This document shows positions 1 through 8,743 of a stretch of DNA of 38,221 nt, piece after piece; position 1 is the first letter of the stretch; each line of letters begins with the position of its first letter. The stretch comes from an uncultured Gammaproteobacteria bacterium (lineage in GTDB: Bacteria; Patescibacteriota; Patescibacteriia; 2-01-FULL-39-33): NCBI GenBank assembly GCA_964573235.1, contig CAZNIV010000005.1:1-38221 (forward strand). The letters are read 5' to 3'. Below the pieces are notes generated by a model. That model was not told the DNA's origin, did no database searches, and saw nothing but the letters and a program-made list of their open reading frames with translations. The position numbers and the translations under genes are program-made.

Positions 1-616
1 GACTATCTATACCAAAAATATACTTTTCATCCGCCCAATACTGCATAAAATCATTAACATGCTCATCGTCACCATTGGCAATAATCGCCTTTGGCACTTC
101 ACTTCCACGATATGTTTTATGAGTTTCTTCGCGTAATTTAGCAAATAATTTTTCTTTCGCTTTTTGATAATTAACAAAACCGCCATGTGCCTCAATATGT
201 TCTGGAGTTAAATTGGTAAACACTGCGATATCATAATTAATACCCAAATGACGAAATTGATCAATGCCTTGAGAAGAAGTTTCAATTACCGCATGACTAC
301 AGCCAGCTTTTTTCATTTGCGACAAAATCTTTTGCAACCCAAAACGACCCAACATAGTCATTTTTTTATCATTGAGCCATTCCTGACCAGCAATTTTAAA
401 AGATACCGTTGAGGTAGAACCCACTTTATAGCCAGCTTGCTCTAAGATTTTAGCAATCAACGCTACCGTACTCGATTTACCATTGGTACCAGTTACGCCA
501 ATCACAATCATATCCTGACTAGGATTACGATAAAGACCCTTGGCCAGAAGAGCCATGGTTTTATGGTAATAAGCTAACGCTTTTTTATTAACAATCTTTT
601 TAATTAACGCTTTCAT
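1..616 (-). CDS. Mur ligase family protein (MurE-like), N-terminal part. The ORF continues past the window start, so this is a partial CDS.
   Basis: The minus-strand ATG at 616..614 opens an ORF with no stop before position 1. Its translation carries the Mur-ligase P-loop GVTGTNGKSST and the FTNLTPEHIEAHGG motif (compare FTN-L-x-x-DHLD-x-HG of MurE/MurF). It is absent from the ORF track because it is truncated. Confidence 0.7.
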   Translation of the reverse strand, partial: MKALIKKIVNKKALAYYHKTMALLAKGLYRNPSQDMIVIGVTGTNGKSSTVALIAKILEQAGYKVGSTSTVSFKIAGQEWLNDKKMTMLGRFGLQKILSQMKKAGCSHAVIETSSQGIDQFRHLGINYDIAVFTNLTPEHIEAHGGFVNYQKAKEKLFAKLREETHKTYRGSEVPKAIIANGDDEHVNDFMQYWADEKYIFGIDS

Positions 617-617
617 A

Positions 618-1202
618 CTATTTTTTGCCCAAATATTTCAAAGCTTCTTTAATTTTACCAGAAGTATCGGTGGCCGTCACATGCTTTAACGCCTCACGCA
701 CATCAAAAGCGCCATAACCTAACGCCATTAAGGCATCCATCGCCTCACCAAACTCATCGGTAATTACTTTACCATCAACACTTTCTAATGATCCTAATTT
801 ATCCTTCAAGCCCATGACAATTTTTTCGGCCGTTTTTGGTCCAATGCCCGATAACTTACTTAATAAATTATAATCACCGGTCATCACGCCTTGACGCAAA
901 TCTTCAATTTTGGCTTTTTGCATAATATCTGAAGCACTACGCGGACCAATACCCGAAATGGTTAACAACAATTCAAAAAAGTTTAATTCTTCTTGATTAA
1001 TAAAACCATATAAATCCAAAGCCGTTTCTGCCACCTGAGTGTAAATAAATAATTCCATCTCTTCATCAAGCACCGCCTGAGTAATTAATTTTAGGCCAAC
1101 ATAAACTTTATAGCCCACGCCATTAACATCGACAATTAAAAAATTATCCTTTTTACCAGGCAAGCTCTTGTTTCTAATTTTACCTCTCAAGTAAGCGATC
1201 AT
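618..1202 (-). CDS. ruvA: Holliday junction DNA helicase subunit RuvA
   Basis: 194-aa ORF. It has an N-terminal OB-fold region (LRGKI...DVNGVGYKV), tandem HhH motifs (ISGIGPRSA, LSGIGPKTAEKI) and a C-terminal RuvB-interaction region, the typical RuvA architecture. Confidence 0.88.
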   Translation of the reverse strand: MIAYLRGKIRNKSLPGKKDNFLIVDVNGVGYKVYVGLKLITQAVLDEEMELFIYTQVAETALDLYGFINQEELNFFELLLTISGIGPRSASDIMQKAKIEDLRQGVMTGDYNLLSKLSGIGPKTAEKIVMGLKDKLGSLESVDGKVITDEFGEAMDALMALGYGAFDVREALKHVTATDTSGKIKEALKYLGKK

Positions 1203-1206
1203 TAAC

Positions 1207-2457
1207 TTATTTTTTCTTTCTTAATAAACTGCCTTCTATTATAACATAATCAGCCGGCAATAAAACAGAAAACACTTCCTCGGTACCACCATGAGCCTCG
1301 GTAATATCTTCACCCTTGGCGTTAGTAATAATATGCAACCGCAAGGTGTATAAATTTTCTGGCGTTAAAATTTCTATTTTCTCATTCGCCAATAATGTAT
1401 TGTGCACTTTAATATAAGCGTGTATACCCGAAGCCTCTTTTTTTATCTTCACCACTTCACCTACCAACTCCCAATCGGTAAACGCTTTAGAGGTTTCAAA
1501 ATCTTCACGAGTTTCCGCTTCATTGCCCAATAAAAATCCGGTGGTATAACCACGATGATCCACCTTAAATAATTCTTCTCGCGCCTTAGCTAATAACTTT
1601 TGCTTATTTTTAATTTTAGGGTCTAACAGAATATCAATCGCTTGACGATAAGCATTGGTAATCGATGCTACATAATAATGACTTTTAGTACGCCCTTCGA
1701 TCTTAAAAGATATAACTCCCGCTTTTATCAACTCACTTAAATAATCAAATAAGCAAAGATCTTTGGAGTTTAAAATATAAGTACCCTTATCATCATTCTC
1801 CACTTCCAAAAATTCTCCTGGTCGTAATTTTTCTTCGAGCTTCACTTTGTAATCCCAGCGACATGGTTGCGTACACAAACCCTCATTGCCACTACGATTA
1901 TTTAACCAAGAAGATAAATAACAACGCCCGGAATAACTTAAACACATCGCGCCATGAACAAAAATTTCCAATTCCATTTTAGGCACCGCCTTATGAATCG
2001 CCTGAATATCTTTCAAACTCGTTTCGCGTCCTAAAATTACGCGATTCACGCCCATCTTTTTCCAAAACTTTACCGCCTCACTATTAATCGTATTAGCCTG
2101 AGTAGAAAGATGAATGGCAATTTGTGGACAATATTTTTGCGCCAAATGAATAATACCGGGATCAGAAATAATTAAAGCGTGCGGTTTTATTTTGGCTAAC
2201 TTTTTTAAATATTCCGGCAAAGCTTTAATGTGTTTTTCATGAGCAAAAATATTTATTGTGACATAAACTTTCTTTTTGTTTTTCTTGACATAGTCAATGG
2301 CTTTTTCTAAGCCACCTAAATCAAAACCAGTTTTCGCGCGCAAAGAAAAAGCGGGCAACCCACAATAAACCGCATCGGCGCCATACAAAAAAGCAAACTG
2401 CATTTTTTTAAGATCGCCAGCGGGAGATAATAATTCCACTAATTGTTTTTTAGCCAT
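1207..2457 (-). CDS. Peptidase U32 family protein (collagenase-like / PrtC-type)
   Basis: 416-aa ORF carrying the U32 signature E-x-F-x-H-G-A-M-C-x-S-Y-S-G-R-C (ELEIFVHGAMCLSYSGRCYLSS) and the downstream C-T-Q-P-C-R-W motif. Confidence 0.85.
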   Translation of the reverse strand: MAKKQLVELLSPAGDLKKMQFAFLYGADAVYCGLPAFSLRAKTGFDLGGLEKAIDYVKKNKKKVYVTINIFAHEKHIKALPEYLKKLAKIKPHALIISDPGIIHLAQKYCPQIAIHLSTQANTINSEAVKFWKKMGVNRVILGRETSLKDIQAIHKAVPKMELEIFVHGAMCLSYSGRCYLSSWLNNRSGNEGLCTQPCRWDYKVKLEEKLRPGEFLEVENDDKGTYILNSKDLCLFDYLSELIKAGVISFKIEGRTKSHYYVASITNAYRQAIDILLDPKIKNKQKLLAKAREELFKVDHRGYTTGFLLGNEAETREDFETSKAFTDWELVGEVVKIKKEASGIHAYIKVHNTLLANEKIEILTPENLYTLRLHIITNAKGEDITEAHGGTEEVFSVLLPADYVIIEGSLLRKKK

Positions 2458-2461
2458 AATT

Positions 2462-3397
2462 CTAGCGTTTGATTCTAATTAAACCAGAAAACGGCGCCAC
2501 TTCTACGCCTTGCTTTTCTATGGCATCAACCAATAAATTTACTCCCAATGAATCAGATGACATATGCCCAGCAATTACCACATTAACATGATTTTTAGAC
2601 GCTTCTTTTTTATGCTCTTCACTCATATGCATGCCAACAATGGTGCCGATACCCGCCTGCGACATTTTTTCATAAATTGCTTTACCATTAGAAGTGCCAC
2701 CAGTAATTTCAGTTAAAGCGATCTTGCCTGTGTAATTATCTTCGGCGCCGGCAAAAATTTTTGGACCAGATTTTCTTTTCATCGCTGCTTTATATTCGGG
2801 AATTTCTTTAAGCGCATCCATCAATTCACTAACTAGTTCAATCTTTTTGGTTTTTAAATATTTATCTAAAAAATTAGCCGCTAAATTATCACATGGCGTA
2901 TGTATGCACATGAAATTAATATTTAGCAAACGCGCCGCATCAACTGAGCGATCATGATTCGCCGGATTAACACTACGCACTACTTCAGAAATTCTTTCTT
3001 TAGTAATTGATTCCGCAATATTAATTGGCACGCCATATTGCGCCAACACTTCGGCTTGCAAATGCATGACATCACCTAAATCTGCTAACGCTTCACCTTC
3101 TGGGTGGTGCGCAATAACGGTATCATAACCCAATTGCTTAGCCAAAATAAGTTCTTGCGGATCTACATCAATGCCAAATAAAACTTTTTTTACTTCTGAG
3201 CCATTATCATACAAAATACGGGTGTCGGAATATGGATTAGTCAATCTTTCAACATCAAATTCCTTTTTAGCCTCCGCACTTAACTTTTCATATTTAGTCT
3301 TAGCTTTAACTAAATGACCGTTTACTTTTTCAACGCCACGCAAATCAGTTTCAATACCCATTTTAATCGCCAAAGCGTAAATATCCTTTAAAAACAT
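2462..3397 (-). CDS. Nif3-like dinuclear metal centre protein (YqfO/YbgI family)
   Basis: 311 aa with the conserved AHHP motif, a second metal-binding His cluster (GHMSSD) and size typical of Nif3/GTP cyclohydrolase 1 type 2 homologues. Confidence 0.75.
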   Translation of the reverse strand: MFLKDIYALAIKMGIETDLRGVEKVNGHLVKAKTKYEKLSAEAKKEFDVERLTNPYSDTRILYDNGSEVKKVLFGIDVDPQELILAKQLGYDTVIAHHPEGEALADLGDVMHLQAEVLAQYGVPINIAESITKERISEVVRSVNPANHDRSVDAARLLNINFMCIHTPCDNLAANFLDKYLKTKKIELVSELMDALKEIPEYKAAMKRKSGPKIFAGAEDNYTGKIALTEITGGTSNGKAIYEKMSQAGIGTIVGMHMSEEHKKEASKNHVNVVIAGHMSSDSLGVNLLVDAIEKQGVEVAPFSGLIRIKR

Positions 3398-3520
3398 ACA
3401 TCAACAATTTATTATTTAAGATTACTTGATACTCATATCATTTTTTCATTTTATGAGATAAAAGTCAAACAAAAAAGATTTTTAACCACTGCCTAATTAT
3501 AAGTTAAAAATAATCAGTAA

Positions 3521-3568
3521 ATTAAGATAAAAAAATAAAATAAAATCGACTCTTAACGAATCGATTTT
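3521..3568 (-). terminator. Rho-independent terminator downstream of the S1 protease gene
   Basis: Inverted repeat AAAATCGA...TCGATTTT (3542-3549 / 3561-3568). On the minus strand it is followed by a TTTTATTTTATTTTTTT run. Confidence 0.55.
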
Positions 3569-3601
3569 ATTTACCCAAAACTACTAATACCTCAATAACT
3601 A

Positions 3602-5785
3602 CTACTTGAAGGATAAAGTACTTAATACTTTATTAAAATCAACTAACGCATTCTGAAAAATCTTTTTATTATCAGTAAGAGCTGTCACGGTAATTGCCAA
3701 AAAATTATTATTAATTTTAATATAATAATCCCTATTGAAAGACAAGATCTTATCTTGACTCACAGTTTTTTCCGTACCATCAAAAATCATAACATCATTA
3801 ATCTCTTTATTCAATTTAAAGTGCGCAATAGTTTTGTCGATTGTATAATTATAGTCAATACTGGCAGTCTTTTGATTACTGGAATTAACCATATCCCTTA
3901 CGGAATTTATGTACTCCTCATTACTTAAGCCACCATCAGCATCGCTAATTTTTTCCAAAGAAAAGCTAACAAAAACTTCTTTATTTTTTTTATTTTGAAT
4001 TTTTAAGGGGCTAGCCTTACTGTTCTGTTTTAAAATAGCCCAATTAACATTCGTTGAAACACTAAATTTAGGTGAATCATTCACGTATTTATGAGTCTCA
4101 GTAAATGTTGTTTTATCGGAGATAATTTTAAATGAATTAACAATACTATCTACCACCTCCTTATCTTTATCATCTTTTCCATAAACATACTCCACCCAAA
4201 CCAAGTATTCTTTTTGAGGAAAAATATAACTATTTAGCATCTTTCCATTTGCCGACAAGGTAATGAGCTTTCCCTTGACATTGTTAATTTTTACTTCTTT
4301 CTCTTTGACTAGTCTTACCAGAGATGAAAAACCAAGATCATTAAAACTTTTTAAAATCATAGGCTTAATATCACCAAGACTAGTTAAGTATGGTGCTCTT
4401 AATAAGTCCACTATAACATAACCACCATCTTTATCATTTTTTTGAAATATCTTAACAATATTCTCTGATTCACTTTTAAAAGTCCAATCAACTGGCTTAT
4501 CTATTGTATAACGAGGATATGGGCTTGATTGAATATATTTATCAACTACTTTTAAAATTTTTTGTTTTCTAGATAAATTAATCATTCTATCTAATAATGA
4601 ACCATCTATGGGGGTTAAATATTTATTCGACTCTACCCAATCAAAAATCGAAGCTGAACTTAATAAAAATCCTAATTGTCCAGACACATCAGAGGCAACT
4701 TGAGTAGTAATTCCAATTACATTACCAATCGAATCAACAGCAGCGCCACCAGAACTACCGAAGGATATAGCCGCATCAGTTTTAATCCAACTATTACCAT
4801 ATTTACTAGCCTTACCACTTATTATCCCACTAGTTATAGTAATCGTATCTCCACCAATTGAAGGATAGCCTATCGTCGTAATCGTATCATTTACTTGACT
4901 TACGTCTGTCTGATTTAAGTGCAAATAAGGGAAAATGGGAACATCATTCCCTCCAGAAGTATCGACTATTTGTAACAAAGCAACGTCTTTATCTTCGTCC
5001 CTAGAAATAAGCTTAGCTAAATAATCACAACTAGGCTCTTCATTAATATTTTTAGTAAGACAAATTTGAAAAGTAGTTTCATAATCACTATTATCATAAT
5101 CGCTCCTTTTAGAAACAACATGGTCATTAGTTAAAATCAAACCAAATGTACCAATAATAATCCCTGATCCTTCCGCTATTTCCTCTAAAACAAAATTTTT
5201 ATTAAGCGCATAAGTTTTTACCTTAACAACCGATTTATAAGCATTTGTATTTAACAACGGGACCACTGCATTTGGCTGACTAACTGGATTAACTGAAACT
5301 ATTGGCTGATTAACTAGGTTAACTGACACTGTTGGCTGACTAGCTTGATTAACTGGGGTACTCAAAGGGGCCTGATTTGAACCACTGGCTGGATTTATAT
5401 CAAAAAAACCACTATCTATAACGATTGAACCGACCCCCTTATGATAAGCAATAACTTCAATCTGATAATTAATGCCAGATGAAAAAGTGCTGGGAATAAT
5501 CCAATCATACGAACCCGTAGTATTGGTTATTTCAACATCTTTACCAAATACTATCCAGTCTAAACAACTTGGGCATGACTTATAGCCTATCGTTACCATG
5601 TCGACATTAACTTGATTCCATTTTATAGTTATTTTTTCACCAACAGAAAAAGTTTCGCCACCGATCGGAGAAACAAGAGAAACCACTGGATCGCCAGTAG
5701 TGGCAAAAACTTGATGGGTACACAAAAAATTAGAAACCAACAAAAAAACCGCTACGGCTAATCCAGAAAAAAATTTCTTAATCAT
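3602..5785 (-). CDS. Secreted multidomain trypsin-like serine protease (S1 family)
   Basis: 727 aa. It has an N-terminal signal peptide (MIKKFFSGLAVAVFLLVSNFLCTHQVFA) and a catalytic triad context TNDHVV (His), DVALLQI (Asp), GSSGGA (Ser, GDSGG-like). A Q/P/V/S/N-rich linker is encoded by tandem DNA repeats, and C-terminal domains are unassigned. Confidence 0.7.
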   Translation of the reverse strand: MIKKFFSGLAVAVFLLVSNFLCTHQVFATTGDPVVSLVSPIGGETFSVGEKITIKWNQVNVDMVTIGYKSCPSCLDWIVFGKDVEITNTTGSYDWIIPSTFSSGINYQIEVIAYHKGVGSIVIDSGFFDINPASGSNQAPLSTPVNQASQPTVSVNLVNQPIVSVNPVSQPNAVVPLLNTNAYKSVVKVKTYALNKNFVLEEIAEGSGIIIGTFGLILTNDHVVSKRSDYDNSDYETTFQICLTKNINEEPSCDYLAKLISRDEDKDVALLQIVDTSGGNDVPIFPYLHLNQTDVSQVNDTITTIGYPSIGGDTITITSGIISGKASKYGNSWIKTDAAISFGSSGGAAVDSIGNVIGITTQVASDVSGQLGFLLSSASIFDWVESNKYLTPIDGSLLDRMINLSRKQKILKVVDKYIQSSPYPRYTIDKPVDWTFKSESENIVKIFQKNDKDGGYVIVDLLRAPYLTSLGDIKPMILKSFNDLGFSSLVRLVKEKEVKINNVKGKLITLSANGKMLNSYIFPQKEYLVWVEYVYGKDDKDKEVVDSIVNSFKIISDKTTFTETHKYVNDSPKFSVSTNVNWAILKQNSKASPLKIQNKKNKEVFVSFSLEKISDADGGLSNEEYINSVRDMVNSSNQKTASIDYNYTIDKTIAHFKLNKEINDVMIFDGTEKTVSQDKILSFNRDYYIKINNNFLAITVTALTDNKKIFQNALVDFNKVLSTLSFK
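5272..5361. repeat. Three tandem ~30-nt repeats (ttggctgac/t taactgg attaactga...) inside the protease gene
   Basis: The direct repeats are visible in the sequence. They encode the peptide repeats VNQPIVSVNP / VSQPNAVVPL / VNQASQPTVS (linker region). Confidence 0.7.
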
Positions 5786-5837
5786 ATTTTTTTAAAAAAT
5801 AATAACTCTTTAATCTATTTATTATACCATATAAATT

Positions 5838-5867
5838 AAAAACAAAAAGAAGCTCTTTTCGAGCTTC
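5838..5867 (-). terminator. Rho-independent terminator (minus strand) at the left edge of the GC-rich island
   Basis: Hairpin GAAGCTC-ttttc-GAGCTTC (5849-5867). On the minus strand it is followed by TTTTTGTTTTT. Confidence 0.55.
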
Positions 5868-5881
5868 CGCAGAATGCTGAT

Positions 5882-6073
5882 TTACTTCAGTAAAAATCCC
5901 GAAACGGCGGCTTGAACCAGTTCTGGACCGACTAAACTGTACGTGATCCAAGCCACGACTATTATAAACGGCACGACAAGCATAATTGTGGTCGCTAACC
6001 ATTGAGAGCGATGACGCCCCCGACCCCAGGAAATGTTGTGACAATCGTATTTTTCAATCCCCAGAATGGTCAT
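5882..6073 (-). CDS. Small hydrophobic (single predicted TM) protein of unknown function
   Basis: 63 aa with the hydrophobic stretch TIMLVVPFIIVVAWITYSLV. Its start overlaps the stop of the upstream HTH gene by 4 nt (ATGA), which suggests translational coupling. GC-rich island codon usage. Confidence 0.45.
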   Translation of the reverse strand: MTILGIEKYDCHNISWGRGRHRSQWLATTIMLVVPFIIVVAWITYSLVGPELVQAAVSGFLLK

Positions 6074-6273
6074 GACTTTTTACCCTCCATTGGCGATGTA
6101 GCGATCATGTGGCTTTCTAAAAATGCCACTAGATCCTTTTCAAATACTCGGTAGGTTTTGTGGCCGATTTTGGCGGCTCGCAATTCGCCCGCACTAATCC
6201 AACGGTACACAGTCTTTAGACTGACCTTCATTAGCGCTGACACCTCCTCAATTGTGAGTATTTGGTTAGCCAT
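6070..6273 (-). CDS. Helix-turn-helix DNA-binding protein, excisionase (Xis/AlpA/MerR-like) family
   Basis: 67 aa. LTIEEVSALMKVSLKTVYRWISAGELRAAKIGHKTYRV matches the excisionase-type HTH pattern (Lx-Ex-Ax-lxvSxxTvyrwixxGxlpaxkiGxxxRi). Confidence 0.65.
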   Translation of the reverse strand: MANQILTIEEVSALMKVSLKTVYRWISAGELRAAKIGHKTYRVFEKDLVAFLESHMIATSPMEGKKS

Positions 6274-6299
6274 TAACTCTTTTTCGATAAGATAGCGGA

Positions 6300-6590
6300 C
6301 AAGCTCTTTATCTCACTTTGCACCTTCCATGTGCTGTTTATAGTGTATGACTTATGTACTTAATTGTCAACAATAAGTTATGCACAGGGTTTATTTATTT
6401 TTAATTATAATTAATAGATTATTATAAATAGCTTATTATTATCTTAAATAACTATTTATTCTTAATTTAATCTATTTAATATTATTAAGATGTATTAATA
6501 TACTATCAGATATTATTATATGATTATTATTCTTTATTGTTCTTAATTGTCTAGTAATAAATAATAAATTATTCAAAAATAACGATAACC
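6300..6590. other. Extremely AT-rich (~12-15% GC) 290-bp tract separating the divergent island transcription units
   Basis: Direct reading shows runs of ATTATTA/TTAAT/TAAATA motifs. The tract is flanked by GC-rich coding DNA. Confidence 0.8.
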
Positions 6591-6592
6591 AT

Positions 6593-6697
6593 TGACTTTT
6601 TGCCAAAAATATGCTAGTCTAAACTGTTTGAATCGAACGGGCTTCATGTGAAGTTCGCGGTTATTCAAACAATCAAGTGTCCATTACAAGGAGTTAA
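6593..6697 (+). promoter_or_regulatory. Putative promoter (TTGACT -35; weak TAGTCT -10) and strong RBS (AAGGAG, 9 nt before the ATG) for the SPFH gene
   Basis: TTGACT at 6593-6598. AAGGAG at about 6688-6693, ahead of the ATG at 6703. Confidence 0.35.
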
Positions 6698-6702
6698 TTA
6701 TC

Positions 6703-8571
6703 ATGCCAAGCATCAGCAACACAGCAATCATGTGGATCAGTATTGTAGTGGGAGCGATCGTCCTGATCGCCTGCTACAAACTCCTCCTTCGCCTCTTCGG
6801 CGTGATCATCGTGCCGGAGGACAGCATCGGCATCGTCAACAAGCGATTCGTCATCTTCGGGGCAAATAAAACACTGCCCGATGGTGAAGTGGTCGCCATG
6901 AAAGGCGAGGCCGGCCTGCAAGCCGACACCCTGCCACCGGGACTGCACTTCCTGTATTGGCCATGGCAATACACGATCAGATTCCAAGGGTTTATCACCA
7001 TTGATGACGACAAAATCGGCATCGTGGAAGCTCGTGGCGGTAACGCCCTGACCAACGGTCGCGTGCTCGCCAAGCAGGTGGATTGCGACTCCTTCCAGGA
7101 TGTACGTAAATTCCTCGGCAATGGCGGCCAACGCGGTCCACAAATTGCGGTCATCCCACCGGGAACTTACCGCATCAACACCGAGTTCTTCTCAATTAAC
7201 CCAGCCAGTGTGCTGGAAATCGAGGATAACAAGGTTGGCATCGTCACCGTCAAGGACGGCGAGCCACTGACTACTGGCGAAATTGCCGGTAAGGAAATTG
7301 CTGGACACAACATGTTCCAGGAAGGCGAGAAGTTTATCATTGCCGGCGGCCATCGTGGCCTACAGGAGCAAGTACTTCTGGCTGGACGGTACTTCATCAA
7401 TCCGCGGTTCGCCACGGTGGACACTGTGGACATGACAACCGTGCCGATTGCCAATGTTGGCGTCGTGATTGCTTACGTCGGTGAAACCGGCGTCGACGTC
7501 ACTGGCGACCACTTCAAGCACGGCAACATGGTGAAAAAGGGGCAGAAAGGCGTCTGGGTCGATCCTCTCGATCCGGGAAAATACGCCATTAATATCCTGA
7601 CGCACAAGGTAGAAGCGGTGCCAACTGCCAATATCGTGCTCAACTGGGCCAATGGAAAGACCGAAGCGCACAATCTGGACAAAAACTTGTCCACGATCAC
7701 CGTGCGGTCGGCCGACGGATTCACATTCAATCTGGATGTGAGCCAAATCATACACATCCCGCGCGCCGATGCCCCCAAGGTCATCGCCAGATTCGGCAGT
7801 GTGGCCAACCTGGTCACACAGGTGCTTGAGCCAACCATCGGCAACTACTTCCGCAATACGGCGCAAAACAGTGACGTCATCGACTTCCTGAAGCATCGCA
7901 CGGCGCGACAAGAAGAAGCCAGGGCGGCAATTGCCAAGGCCCTTCAAGAGTATAATGTCGTCGCGGTGGACACCCTAATCGGTGACATCAACCCGCCGGC
8001 AGAACTCATGAAGACGCTCACCGACCGCAAGATCGCAGAGCAAGCGAAGGTAACCTACGACACACAAAAACTCGCGCAGGTTACGAGGCAGGAGCTGGAA
8101 GAAGCGACCGCCCGAGCCAACACCCAGGCGCGCGTCGTCGATGCGGAACGGCAAGTCGCCATCAAAACATTTGAGGCTAACGCCAATATCGAACAGGCCA
8201 AGGGTACGGCCGCAGCCAAGCGTGTGGAAGCAGACGCTGAAGGCTATCGTGTTACCACCATTGGAAACGCCGAGGGTGGTAAGATTGAAGTCATTGGTCT
8301 GGCCGAAGCGAAGGTCACCAAGGCCAAAATTGACTCCATGGAAGCCAACAACTACGCGGCCATCAAGGTGGCGGAAGCTTTGGCTGGTGCCGGCATCAAG
8401 CTGGTTCCCGACGTCATGGTTGTCGGTGGCAATGGCAGCAACGGCGGCGGAACACTGGTCGATGTTCTCCTGGCCAATACGATCAGGGATCAGTTGACCA
8501 GGGCAGCAAGCAAGACGGAAGCGGAAAAAACCACTACCACCGTCGAACCGGGAAAACCGGCCAGCAAGTAA
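6703..8571 (+). CDS. SPFH/band-7 domain membrane protein, flotillin-like (YqiK/FloT-like)
   Basis: 622 aa with an N-terminal TM helix (IMWISIVVGAIVLIACYKLLL) and an SPFH start pattern (VPEDSIGIVNKRFV...PPGLHFLYWPW). The C-terminal Ala/Glu-rich coiled-coil flotillin region (EEATARANTQARVVDAERQ...AEAKVTKAKIDSMEANNYAAIKVAEALAGAGIKLVPDVMVVGG) resembles the C-termini of bacterial flotillins. High-GC codon usage. Confidence 0.7.
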   Translation: MPSISNTAIMWISIVVGAIVLIACYKLLLRLFGVIIVPEDSIGIVNKRFVIFGANKTLPDGEVVAMKGEAGLQADTLPPGLHFLYWPWQYTIRFQGFITIDDDKIGIVEARGGNALTNGRVLAKQVDCDSFQDVRKFLGNGGQRGPQIAVIPPGTYRINTEFFSINPASVLEIEDNKVGIVTVKDGEPLTTGEIAGKEIAGHNMFQEGEKFIIAGGHRGLQEQVLLAGRYFINPRFATVDTVDMTTVPIANVGVVIAYVGETGVDVTGDHFKHGNMVKKGQKGVWVDPLDPGKYAINILTHKVEAVPTANIVLNWANGKTEAHNLDKNLSTITVRSADGFTFNLDVSQIIHIPRADAPKVIARFGSVANLVTQVLEPTIGNYFRNTAQNSDVIDFLKHRTARQEEARAAIAKALQEYNVVAVDTLIGDINPPAELMKTLTDRKIAEQAKVTYDTQKLAQVTRQELEEATARANTQARVVDAERQVAIKTFEANANIEQAKGTAAAKRVEADAEGYRVTTIGNAEGGKIEVIGLAEAKVTKAKIDSMEANNYAAIKVAEALAGAGIKLVPDVMVVGGNGSNGGGTLVDVLLANTIRDQLTRAASKTEAEKTTTTVEPGKPASK

Positions 8572-8599
8572 ACATCCACTTCAAGGATGAATAACCCAT

Positions 8600-8626
8600 A
8601 CGGGCAGACTATCTGCCCGTTTTTTA
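8600..8626 (+). terminator. Rho-independent terminator after the SPFH gene
   Basis: ACGGGCAGA-cta-TCTGCCCGT followed by TTTTTT. Confidence 0.75.
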
Positions 8627-8650
8627 ATTGTAAAATTACTATTATCCTGA

Positions 8651-8679
8651 TTGACAATAGCTATAAAAAGTGATAATCT
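8651..8679 (+). promoter_or_regulatory. Sigma70-like promoter (TTGACA, 17-nt spacer, TAATCT) upstream of the acidic repeat protein. The RBS AAGGAGA lies 8 nt before the ATG at 8744.
   Basis: Read directly: ttgacaatagctataaaaagtgataatct. Confidence 0.5.
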
Positions 8680-8743
8680 TGGCTGTTAGTTCTTTCACAT
8701 TCTATTCATATAAAAACAAGCAAAAACAACAAGGAGAAGCATC

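Noticed and set aside
7-195. 62-aa minus-strand ORF
   Set aside because: It is an internal alternative frame of the Mur ligase coding region, whose true frame carries the GVTGTNGKSST P-loop.
4676-4861. 61-aa plus-strand ORF inside the protease gene
   Set aside because: It is antisense to the S1 protease catalytic domain. It has no expression signals, and its translation is low-complexity.
5778-6044. 88-aa minus-strand ORF overlapping the island boundary
   Set aside because: It reads through the terminator hairpin at 5849-5867 and overlaps the better-supported 63-aa gene in another frame. Its translation is Ser/Arg-rich junk.
6694-8497. Multiple long ORFs in other frames and on the opposite strand, overlapping the SPFH gene (6694..7143-, 6774..7154-, 7167..7454-, 7360..7947-, 7473..7844-, 8141..8497+)
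   Set aside because: They lie entirely inside a GC-rich gene that has a clear RBS, a TM-SPFH-coiled-coil architecture and a terminator. GC-rich DNA produces long spurious ORFs, and their translations are low-complexity (Ser/Pro/Arg-rich) with no start signals.
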